A stretch of 63,631 nt of DNA, the filler included. It is 13 parts of 13 records of this genome, joined end to end, with 100 filler letters (N's around TTAATTAATTAA, not from the genome) between each part and the next. Parts side by side here need not be neighbours in the genome. Positions count along the whole stretch, not along the records: positions 13,246 to 16,919 come from SRR7504441_9662; positions 17,020 to 20,694 come from SRR7504441_9666; positions 20,795 to 24,163 come from SRR7504441_9667; 10 more parts are not named here. The stretch is one strand, 5' to 3'. A model generated the notes under the pieces. The model searched no databases. It saw only the letters and a program-made list of their open reading frames with translations, and was not told the DNA's origin. The position numbers and the translations under genes are program-made. How positions within the stretch are numbered: position 1 is the stretch's first letter; every line of letters begins with the position of its first letter. Positions 13,246 through 22,870 of this stretch are shown piece by piece.

Positions 13246-16200
13246 AGGAAGGCCGATAAGCTCTCCATGACCATCAGCACAGCAATGGTGCAAGCAAAGA
13301 AGACAGCGTAGCACACAAAGATAAATGCAACGCTACCTGATGCGATGCCAGGATACTGGCCACCCAGCAGCTCAATCTCGTATCCTTTGAAGATGTACTC
13401 CCAAAACACCTCTGATAGCTGAGAATGTGCCAAAGACAGAGCCCACAACCGCAGGTACGAAGCTGTGTTTGAGACAGCACCCAGAATGAATTCGATTGCA
13501 TGAATGGCTTGCCCAACAATTACGTCACCCATTGAAAACTGATCCTCCTCTACCTCACCAAACTCGTCCTCATCCTCGTTTTCCTCTGCCGAGTCTTCAG
13601 ATGTGTGGGCTGATAGCCCCCTATGCTCCCTCTCTTCCACCTCTGCAGTGTGTTCTCTGTAGACTAGGACTGGCTCCACCACAAACAGCCAGGGGACGCA
13701 GATCAGTGCAATAATGAGGAAAACTACTTGCACACTTTCCTGAGATTCAAAGAGGTAGAACCTTACAACAAGACAGTCAGAGCATGCACAATGGCAAGTG
13801 CATAAAGATCAGGCATTCTATTAACTCACTTGCACTTGTCGGCAGCAACTGTCTGATCTTGGCCAACGGCACCCATTGACATGAACATTCCGATCAAAGT
13901 AGTGATGATCATGGGAGGCTCCCGGTAGCAGCCAGGCTCCACATCTGGGCAGCTTGCAAAGCATAGTTCGCCACCCCCCTCCCAGCCATTAGTGTAGTTG
14001 GTGGACCACTTAATGAAGATCAGGAAGCACATGTAGCCGAAAGTGCATGTCATAAAGAGAAGTTCAGGGATGCAGACTGCGACAAACTCACCCCACTTCT
14101 TGAAATGAATCACGTTAAACCACTTGAGCAAGATACCGACTATCATCTGGGAGACACCGAGGATCACTGACATCTTCATCTTGAGCGAGTTGGTGAACTG
14201 AATGTTTTGAGACGAGTACCGCCATACCGGATCGACTCCGAAGATGTAAGGTGTGTAGATTGCCTTTGCAGCGCCTTCGGTAATTGTGTTGTTCATCTCG
14301 GAGCCACTGTGAGGCTGCCCAACATCACTTGGGAGGAAGCCACGCTCGCCGTGATCGCTTGGCACAACAAAGGGCTCCATCTTGAGCATAATGGATGTGC
14401 CAGCAGTGTAGTCTGGAGCAGTAGGGCACAGTGTCTTATCCGTGATGCGCTGGATGATTTCGTCAGGGCACGGATACTGGGAGTTCACTCCACAAGGCAG
14501 CTGCTCAAAATACTTCTCCTCCCCAAGCAAGTGCCAACAGTTACTGGTGCTCCTCGCTAAAGTCTCCACAGTGCAGCCCTCAGCGTAGACCTGCGTCTCA
14601 CCAGCAAGGCCAGTGGCTAATGTGTCGATACCACCAAATTCGGGGTACGGGGCATCAACACCAGTACCACCAAATGAGGAGGAGCAGAAATACGAGTAGT
14701 GGTATGCTGAACCAAACAGGTCCATCGAGCACGAGAGCGCCTCATTGTAGATCAGTCCCATGTACGTAGCACAGATTCCCATCACAAAGATGGTGTAACG
14801 TCCAGAGAATAAATAGTCAAAGATCTCATTCCTTTCCTCCATTGCGTTCAGCTTCTTTTCATAGAAGATGAGCAGACCAGCAAAGATGACCATCATGGTA
14901 CCGTGGACGAAGTCTCCAAACATGACACCGAAGAGAAACGGGAACATAGCCGTTGCAAAGATCGTTGGGTTGACTTCCTTGTAGTCAGGGATCCCATATC
15001 CATCGACAATTGCCTAACACCCAGCCATCTCAGTGGCGGCAGTCTAGACTAGAGCCCACCTGGAAACCCTCTGTGAATCTGTTGGTCGGGCTGAAGGTAG
15101 GTCGGACCACATCAGGCTTGACGTTGAGTTTCTTGACCAGTACCAAGTCCCCAGTTGCATTACCAGCATCCATGCACTCGCGGCTCGCGCTCTGGCATGC
15201 CTTCTTGACCATTGTGATTGCAGCGTCAGGAACCCACACGTTTGCTCTGAGCCGGGTGATGGTCCGATTCTCAAGTTCAGCCCCATCTTCAGGCCTGTCA
15301 GAGCACTTGTTGAGCGTGTAGTATATGAGCTTCTCCTGTGTGATGAACCGCTTGAGCGTGATTGCATGCTGATAGAACTCCTGAAGCGTACGGTACTTGT
15401 CCTTGAGGGTCATCTGCATCGCCTGGTCGCGGGCAGAGATGGCCTCCCGCAGCTCTGCCATCTTAATCCCTCGGGACCCTTGAGTCTCCGGCGGGGTGTA
15501 GATTGTGGCACCAAATGCCTTAGCAAACCGCAGAATTTTATCCGAAAGCGCCTGAGCCGTGGTGAGTCGCTGGACAAGCCGCACAAGGGGTGCCTGTCCG
15601 TGGTAATAGACGACAAACACACATTTTTTGATCAAGTCGCCGGTTGCTGGGTCGCGGATGTCTTCCTCAATCTCGTGATGCTTCACAATGGCCAGCGAGC
15701 GCATCGCTGTGTATAGTTTCATCCGCATGCCCTCGAGGCTGACCAGCGGGAGGCAGCCAACAATGTGCCCAATGTGCCCAAGACCACCCATCAGTGAATT
15801 TGCTTCCAGGTCTCCTGTTGCCTGCAGTTCCACAGACTCCTGTCAAAAACATTCATGACTAATGGGGGCCTGCCTAAGGCAGGCATTACCAAGAGAGCTA
15901 CCTTCCCCGCCGCAGTAGGAGAGAGCGGGAAGCTCTCCTCATCAATGCCCTGGCTCTCGACACTCAGATACAGTGCAGCCTAATGTGACATACCCCAGAA
16001 GCTATCACCGCATGGGAATCCACAAGCTCGCGCAATAGGTTGTCCGACTTTTCGAGCACGTTTCGCTCCTCGATGAAGCGGTTCAAATCGGTGGTGTACT
16101 GGGCGATCACGTTGTTGGATCGTGTCACACTCTCCAGCCAGCCACTTAGTCTCTCCTTGGCTGTCTGCAGGTTCTGAAACACACAACGCGATCAGATGCA

Positions 16201-16762
16201 CTGGAACAGAGTGGTACTTACCTGCCGTCTGACTTCTTCGACGCCATCATCGTTGGCCATAAGCCACCATTGATCTTCATCGAAGCCTTCACGGGTGAAT
16301 TCCGTCTCTTCGGCTTCGTTGCCATCACCTATGGTGCCACGCTCCCACATCGTACTGATCTCGTCCCTCAGGATCCGGAGAACCCGCCCGCCTGTTCGAG
16401 CGTGAGGTGAGTCCGCCCCCTAGGCAACGTACAGTCCTGAGCCGTCTGCATCTCGCGACGGAAGCGGCGTTGGGTGAATGGTACCGCCTGTTCCTTGCCA
16501 TCCTTGGACTTGACGCAGAACATCTGCCCCGCAGCTGTTCGCACTCAGTCCCGTGCGCGCGGCGCACATCTTCGAATTGGCAGTTCTTGGTTTCCGCGAG
16601 GGCTTTGATAACCGCGTGAGGTAAGTCGCCGTCGTCTGGGAAGGATATGGAAAGCTGGCTCATATCGGCCGAGCGGAAGGCGTCCCAGGGAATGAGGCTC
16701 ATGTCGTCATTCTCGAGATCCTCGTACTCGGCCCATCCGCCTAGCCCGTCGTCCGGCTTCAT
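13246..16762 (-). CDS. V-type H+-ATPase V0 subunit a, 3'-truncated, multi-exon
   Basis: FRSADMS N-terminus, PTNRFTEGFQ, YGIPDYKEVNP, FPFLFGVMFGD, FGVDPVW, NSLKMKMSVILG, IEFILGAVSNTASYLRLWALSLAHSQLS (essential Arg present). Confidence 0.95.
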
Positions 16763-17189
16763 GGAGAAGCTGTTGGCTGCACGTTGTCTGAGCAACGTGC
16801 TGAGTTACGGTACCGGTATACCGGTATAGACCTACGTACCGGTACTGTAATTACGTTGCAAAAAAAATAAGCCCGTAGCCCCATACGCTGTGTACTCAAC
16901 AGCGCCTGCCTGACACCGGNNNNNNNNNNNNNNNNNNNNNNNNNNNNNNNNNNNNNNNNNNNNTTAATTAATTAANNNNNNNNNNNNNNNNNNNNNNNNN
17001 NNNNNNNNNNNNNNNNNNNCGGGTTCTCGTGTCTCTGGACACGGTGGCGAGCGCACCAAGGAGTGCTACCAGCTCGGGCTGCAAGTGCAGCACCAGACCG
17101 GTGGGGCTGCCACCGAGGAGGAGCGACGGCGGCTCAAGAAGAAGGCAGCCAAGCTGGCCCAGGACTCGGACAAGAGAGCCCAGCTCATG

Positions 17190-17390
17190 TGGCAGCCCGA
17201 TAACTTTGGTAAAGAAGTCAGTGAAGTCAATACACTGTCGCTTCTTGTCTCCGTTGCTATTGAGGAAGCGCTGCATGAACTTGAGAGCCTCCGGCTGGGA
17301 AAGTTCGAGGCCGAGCGAGTGGAGCGCCTGGTGAAACTCTCTTTTGTTCAGCACACCGTCCTGGTCCACCACGCCGAAGTGCGCAAACAC
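17190..17390 (-). CDS. EF-hand pair fragment; gene limits unclear
   Basis: DQDGVLNKREFHQALHSLG...CIDFTDFF, preceded by an acceptor-like TTAG; upstream exon ambiguous. Confidence 0.4.
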
Positions 17391-17886
17391 CTAAGTTGTT
17401 CACACCGCAGAGCCAGAGATCACCAAGTGCCAGGTCCCATCGTTCTCTTCCGGGCCATTTATCTCAAAGGTCTCTACCAGGACAGACACTGGCGTCGATG
17501 GTTACTCCTGATGTGACGGGTCGCCGGTCAACAGAAGGCCAAATTTGGCAGTCATCGTCCAAAATCACCGCTTGAGACTGGAGTGATCATAGAAAGAACA
17601 TGCATGCGCCATCAGCATTGTTTACGTTGATACTTTGGGTATTCAATCATGAGGTTCGCACGAGAAACCTTTACGAGTCTAAGTGTTAGGTTACATCCAT
17701 TATTTCGCTGAAAATGACTGGAAATCTAACCATGCGCACTCATACTCAAATCAAATCGTACGGTAAGGGAACCAAATGTTATATTTACATAGTTTATGCA
17801 ATTATTGTTAGACGCATGCTACATCCGCTACATACATGTTCGTACAATGATGTACATGTACATGTATAGATGAAAAGTAAGTTGAT

Positions 17887-19296
17887 CTAAAGACTGTCTC
17901 TAATGCTCGAGGTCTCATGCTGCACTTCCTTACCACGGCCAATGTCTGCAGCCAAAACCGGGTACCCATCCGCCGCAAGCTTTGCCTGGATCTGGTCCAT
18001 ATCAAAGCCCCACTTTTCGGCCACGGTGACATTTGCTGTCCCGGTCTCGAAATCGACTTCAGCGCTCACAACACCACTGGTCGCTTCAAAGAGCTTCTGC
18101 ACATGCACCTGGCACGCCTCGCAGCCCATCCCATCGAGCGAGAGGCTATACTTCACAGTCTGCTCGGTCGGTGGGGCCAATGCAGGCCCGCCCGAGAGAA
18201 GCAGCATTTCAGGAGCCATCATCAAGCCAAGTGTCACAGCGGTCTGCATGAGCAGCGTCAGTGAGCGCCGTCGCGGGCTCGCCCAGGCAGCCCCAAGTCC
18301 GGCCAGTGTGACCACTCGAAGCGGGAGTCGGATCGGCCCGAGTATCTTGTTGAATCCAGCGCACCCGAGTTGGATTACTTCGAGCGAGGCTAGAGCGTTG
18401 ATCGCCAACTGGAGCACACAGCAACTCGATGAGACCAAACCAGCCGCCATCGCTAGCAGCCACGAGTTGCCAGCTGAACCGGACCGCTCAGAGTCGGCAG
18501 TTCCGGCATCGCTTGCGGGTTGCACAGAGACCACCGTGGATTTGAAGTTGGCAGCAGTGAGTGCCGCAGCGCACTTTTCAGCGTCCAACTTGGCTTGAGG
18601 CAGCCCGTTGCGGCACTGGAGCACACCGAGCCCCTCATGGATAGATACGCGCATGCTGAGCATCGCACCGCCCTCGAGCGCTACCGCCTGTACCTTGGAA
18701 GCGCACGAGATGCAGCCCAGGCCGTCGATCTGCAGCCGCACCTCGGTCTGGGCAGCACCGCTCGGCCGGCTGGCCTCCCGATTGTAGAAGTAGAGCATCT
18801 CCGGTAGAAACGCCAGGCAGGCGGCTATCGCGCTCCCGCCCGCAGTGAGCCGCCAGTCGGCCAGCGGGTTGGCGGCCAGGACCGACCAGCAGCCGGCCTG
18901 GAGGATGACCGTGCCCGCAAGGAAGGTGGGCCGAGCCGGGCCGAGATAGGTGTTGAAGCCGGCGCAGCCCAGCGAGAGCATGTTCAGTACCACCTGGAGC
19001 AAGCAACATGCGGACGAGAGCAGCCCGAGCAGGCTCCACCAGGCCAGCGAGGACGTGGCCAGCATCAGCTCGATCTGCAGCCGCTGGAACCAGGGCTCCC
19101 ACAGCTGCCGGCCGTAGCTCGACAGCAGCTGGCCCAGCAGCCACAGACCACCCAGCGACCAGGCGAACGCCCTCCCGAACCCGGGTGAGAACACCAGCCA
19201 GGTCTTGCGAAGATCTTCTCCCATGGTGCGCAGCGCAGTGCGGCGTGCAGCCGACGACGCTGAGTCGTGAGGGTCAAGAACGACTCCAACGACCAT
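17887..19296 (-). CDS. Tandem (MerT-like membrane domain + HMA domain)x2 heavy-metal transport protein
   Basis: Intronless ORF with two repeats of S-S-x-C-C-x-L-Q...GCAGFN..LGP.R (MerT-like TM1), each followed by an HMA domain (IDGLGCISC; LDGMGCEAC..GVVSAEVDFETGTANV). Confidence 0.8.
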   Translation of the reverse strand: MVVGVVLDPHDSASSAARRTALRTMGEDLRKTWLVFSPGFGRAFAWSLGGLWLLGQLLSSYGRQLWEPWFQRLQIELMLATSSLAWWSLLGLLSSACCLLQVVLNMLSLGCAGFNTYLGPARPTFLAGTVILQAGCWSVLAANPLADWRLTAGGSAIAACLAFLPEMLYFYNREASRPSGAAQTEVRLQIDGLGCISCASKVQAVALEGGAMLSMRVSIHEGLGVLQCRNGLPQAKLDAEKCAAALTAANFKSTVVSVQPASDAGTADSERSGSAGNSWLLAMAAGLVSSSCCVLQLAINALASLEVIQLGCAGFNKILGPIRLPLRVVTLAGLGAAWASPRRRSLTLLMQTAVTLGLMMAPEMLLLSGGPALAPPTEQTVKYSLSLDGMGCEACQVHVQKLFEATSGVVSAEVDFETGTANVTVAEKWGFDMDQIQAKLAADGYPVLAADIGRGKEVQHETSSIRDSL

Positions 19297-19505
19297 GCAG
19301 AGTGGCGGGCCGGGCGCCGAGTCTCAGTGCCGGTCGCCTCTGACGAGCTCCACGGGCTTTATACGCGAGTATTAATTTATCGGAGGACTTCGTACGACAT
19401 GGACGATTTGATATTTAGCTAAGCTTATGCCATGCCACTTTGCGACAGGTACTCGAGTAAGTACTGTACTCGTGAAGTATAGCAAAGCGAAGCCGACTCC
19501 CGACT

Positions 19506-20694
19506 CTAGCGGCTTGACCCCCACCATTGCTTTGCCCGCTTCTCGTCTTTGCCACGGCTGTAGTCAACTTGCTTGGAGACCTCACACTCATGCATCATTG
19601 TATCGAAGTAATGCTGCAAGATTACAATTGCGTGTGACGCCAACACAGTGTGACCACCCAATGAGACTCGCAGCACCTCGGCGCCGGCCGCATCCGCCAC
19701 ACGAGAATATGCGACTAGCTCGCTCTCGGAGAGTCCTCTGTGGTCGCCCACCACTACCACCACTCCCTTGACAGGATCCCCACTCCGCATTTGATCGCGC
19801 ACCTGCGACATCGGAATCCCATCCGCATCTAGCACTAGCATCACCACTCGACCCTCCTGGATCCCGCGCGCCTCGCTGGTCGTCAGGGCCGACTCCAGAG
19901 CCTCCGAAGTGGTCCGTTTATGCGCTTCCACCCCTCGCAAATCACTCTTGCACCACAAATCGGGCTGTGTACTCGGGTCAGCGGCTCGGCACCGCTCTGG
20001 GGCCAATAGGCCGTCCAGGCCTGTCCTTAGCCGCACCGCCAATCTGCTCTCGTCAGGCACCAGCCCGCGCGCCAGCGAGCCCGAGACTGTGAGCGTGTGT
20101 CCACTCGCCTCGAAGGAGAGGCAGACCTGGGTCGAGTGCCGGAGGCCCTGGCTCCGGAACGCTGCTGCTGAGACACACCTCACCCCGACATCTGCTCGGC
20201 CGGAACCTCGTGGGTTGGAAGGATCGAAATCCGGTGCACTCGCGCGGCCGAGCGGGACCAGGAACCGACGCCAGAAGCACGCCATCGACGGGAGGGTGCT
20301 AGAACACGGCAGGAACCTCTCTGTGAGAGATGCACCGAATGTGCAGCGCTTGGTGGTGTGTGCGCTGCCACAGTGGCCGCATTCGCCAATCATCACAAAT
20401 GCAGGCTGAACTATCCGCCTGCTCTCCAGCTTCATCGTGTCCCTACCATCCTGCTCCTCCTTCGCCTTCTTCTTCTTCTTCTTCTTCTTTTCCACTGGCT
20501 CCTCCTCAACCTCGCCATCTTCGTCTTCATCAGTGGCACTTTTCTTGCTCTTCTTCTTCTTCTTGGTTTTCTTCTTGTCTCTTTTATTATCGGTCACCTC
20601 CTCCTCGGCATCACTGTCATCCTCATCAGCTGATTTTCTCTTCTTCTTCTTCTTGGTTTTCTTTTTGTTTGTTTCCTCCTCGTCGCCCTCCTCA
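19506..20694 (-). CDS. TrmY-like (DUF358) SPOUT methyltransferase with N-terminal Lys/Glu-rich region and CCHC knuckle, 5'-truncated
   Basis: GSGRADVGVRCVSAAAFRSQGLRH, LVPDESRL, VVVVGDHRGLS and VSLGGHTVLASHAIVILQHYFD match TrmY motifs (GRxDxxxRC, PDER, GDHxG, SLxxxxLHAxHxI). Confidence 0.8.
20430..20694 (-). repeat. Imperfect coding repeats rich in (AAG)n poly-Lys and acidic tracts
   Basis: KKKTKKKKK.K.A.EDD unit seen twice plus a KKKKKKKK run; (TTC)n on the + strand. Confidence 0.7.
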
Positions 20695-21103
20695 NNNNNN
20701 NNNNNNNNNNNNNNNNNNNNNNNNNNNNNNNNNNNNNNTTAATTAATTAANNNNNNNNNNNNNNNNNNNNNNNNNNNNNNNNNNNNNNNNNNNNGTACTA
20801 GAGTACTCGTAGGATCGAGAATAAGTATTGTTACAATCTGTTGCGACCATCAAGAGAAACCGCATTTAAAGAACCGAAGAACTACGGAACTAGGCCTTCG
20901 ATTCCTTGAAATGCACCCGACACAACCCATTAAAATCTGCGAGGTACCTAATTCAACAATTACAGTCTATGCAGTATGCATGCACATGGTTTATATTGCC
21001 TAATGATGTTGTGTCCGCGTGTACGGATTTGTGGAATCATCGCTAAATTTGTGGATCATGCGCTGCATGGTGCTGATTGGTCCAATCTCAATAGGCTAGA
21101 AAA

Positions 21104-21186
21104 GGCCCTGCAGCCCATTCAGATGCGAGACCCCACCCTCCTCTGGGCAATTTGGTCTCGCATCGTCATAAAGGTTGCACGCGGCC
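21104..21186 (-). promoter_or_regulatory. Eukaryotic SECIS element (type II-like) in 3' UTR
   Basis: Minus strand reads GGCCGCGTGCAACCTTT-ATGA-C-GATGCGAGACC-AAA-TTGCCC-AGAGGA-GGGTGG-GGTCTCGCATC-T-GA-ATGGGCTGCAGGGCC. This gives an AUGA/GA kink-turn core, a perfect 11-bp helix II, unpaired AAA, an apical mini-stem, and a lower helix from the GGCC/TGCA arms. Confidence 0.9.
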
Positions 21187-21192
21187 TAGAAT

Positions 21193-21810
21193 CTAATCAG
21201 GCAGCCTCAGCCGTATTGGGCCCTTGAACTCGGCCTCCGGGTGGAGCACGCGCCCGCGCTGCGTCACCTCCACCCGGCCCTCCCGAGCCAGCGCTCGGGC
21301 CGCTCGCCTCACCGGCTCCATCAGCGCCCTCCAGCCTGTCGGGTCCTGCCGTCGGGCCACTTCACTAGGTCAGCAGCTCTTCCCCTTATCGCGCCCAGCC
21401 AGCAGCTCCAGCGTGGCCCGCTGCAGCGCCGCCGTCCCGTGCTCTCCCGGCTGCCCGGGCGACTCCGGCTGCTCGGCAGGATCGTGCAGGCACTTGCGGT
21501 CGATCGCGCCGTTGCTGCCAAACAGGACACCCTCCGCCTCGAGCAGCGCCCGCTTTCGCTTGAGTTTGGGCTGGTTGGCGCCCCACTGTCCCCCGAACCC
21601 GCCCAGCCGCAGGTCAGAGGCCACTACTCGGTGTCAGGGCACCGCCCCGGGTTGGGTCTGATCGTCGTGTGGGTTACGCCGCATCGCCCCGCCCACTGAT
21701 CGGGCGGAGCCGCCGACGGCGTTGGCCAGCCCGCCGTAGCTGCTCACCTTGCCCGGCGGGATCGCCCGCACCGCCGCATACACCCGCTCAGCGTACGCCG
21801 TCGACGCCAT
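21193..21810 (-). CDS. Putative selenoprotein: O6-alkylguanine-DNA alkyltransferase (AGT/ATL-type) domain fused to DUF3253-like domain, two in-frame UGA (Sec) codons, 205 aa
   Basis: One frame reads MASTAYAERVYAAVRAIPPGKVSSYGGLANAVGGSARSVGGAMRRNP..AVP[TGA 21634-6]HRVVASD..KRALLEAEGV..RDKGKSC[TGA 21370-2]PSEVARRQDPTGWRALMEPVRRAARALAREGRVEVTQRG..KGPIRLRLPD-TAG. A SECIS follows immediately. Confidence 0.88.
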
Positions 21811-21894
21811 CCGCGAAGAGCGGCCGTGGCGGAGGGCGCAAAGTCGCGCTCGAATCCCCGAAAAGTGCCACAAGGCAACGCGCAGCAGGGCGCC

Positions 21895-22620
21895 ATGTCG
21901 CCGGCGCTGCTGTATGGGGGCGGCACCTACGCGGTGCTGCTCGGGTCGTGGCTGGCAGTGTGCCTGTTCTTCGAGGGCTGTGAGCAGTTCGGGCTGCTCC
22001 AGGAGTACAGGATCCAGCCCGGGGCCTCCCCGCCCTCCCCGGCGCTCAAGAGGCGTGCGCTCCGTATGGCCGGAATCAACTGGGCCTGGCTGCCGGTGGC
22101 GCTCGGGCTGGCCAGCCCGGTGCTCCAGGCGATCTTCCCCGTGGACAAGCCCTTCCCGCCGCTTGGGCTGTTCGGGCTCCAGGTAGCTGGCTGCTTCATC
22201 CTGGACGACATCTGCTTCTACGCGTACCACAGGGTGCTGCACGAGAACCCAAAGCTGTACGTCAGATTCCACAAGCCGCACCACGTGTTCACCGCTCCGT
22301 TCGCCTGGACCAGCCACGCTGTCCACCCGGTCGAGATGCTGCTCCAGAGCGTCGGGGCCATGCTGGGGCCGGCGCTGCTCCGGATGCCGCTCCCGGCACT
22401 CTGGTGCTGGCTGGCGGTGCGGCAGCTGCAGGGCGTGCTCGATCATACTGGGCTGGAGCTGCCTGTGGACCCGATCGGGTGGATCCCGGGGGTGGGCGGC
22501 ACCAAGTTTCACGACGACCACCACAAGTACTTCACTGCCAATTACGCCTCGTGCTTCAGCTTCATCGACGACCTGTTTGGGACCAGGTACCAGCCGACCG
22601 GTCCCAAGAAGATGGCCTAG
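21895..22620 (+). CDS. Sterol desaturase/fatty acid hydroxylase superfamily (methylsterol monooxygenase-like)
   Basis: His boxes YHRVLH, HKPHH and FHDDHH; HPVE, DHTG, NYASCFSFIDDLFGT; hydrophobic segments. Confidence 0.9.
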   Translation: MSPALLYGGGTYAVLLGSWLAVCLFFEGCEQFGLLQEYRIQPGASPPSPALKRRALRMAGINWAWLPVALGLASPVLQAIFPVDKPFPPLGLFGLQVAGCFILDDICFYAYHRVLHENPKLYVRFHKPHHVFTAPFAWTSHAVHPVEMLLQSVGAMLGPALLRMPLPALWCWLAVRQLQGVLDHTGLELPVDPIGWIPGVGGTKFHDDHHKYFTANYASCFSFIDDLFGTRYQPTGPKKMA

Positions 22621-22870
22621 TGGCGCGTGATGACATCGGTTGAAGCGGCAGGGTGCGCACCACCCGAGATTTACCGGTACGAGTACGTCAGGCTCGCGGT
22701 ATACGAGTACCGGTAGAAGTAACAATATTCGAGTTCAAATGCTGGGAGCAATTCAGCCCAGATACGCTACATATAAAAAATAACATACAATACTCATGCC
22801 ACATATATACCTCGACGATGCACCAGTCGTGAAAATCCGTTAATTATAATAATTAAAATATATACTCGAG

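Noticed and set aside
17020-17516. Overlapping convergent genes (+ strand EEERRRLKKKAAKLAQ versus - strand EF-hand)
   Set aside because: At a contig edge with no resolvable exon structure; could be a misassembly or shadow ORF.
21634-21636. UGA = Trp genetic code (would give the ordinary ATL motif PWHRV)
   Set aside because: TGA is a normal stop on the same contig (LRR gene, 24114-24116) and in CSTF1, B55 and the helicase. Trp is TGG within this gene, the second TGA aligns to a Cys, and a SECIS is present.
21193-21810. Pseudogene with two nonsense mutations
   Set aside because: Both stops are TGA, both fall on conserved Cys positions, there are no frameshifts, all other key residues are intact, and a SECIS follows.
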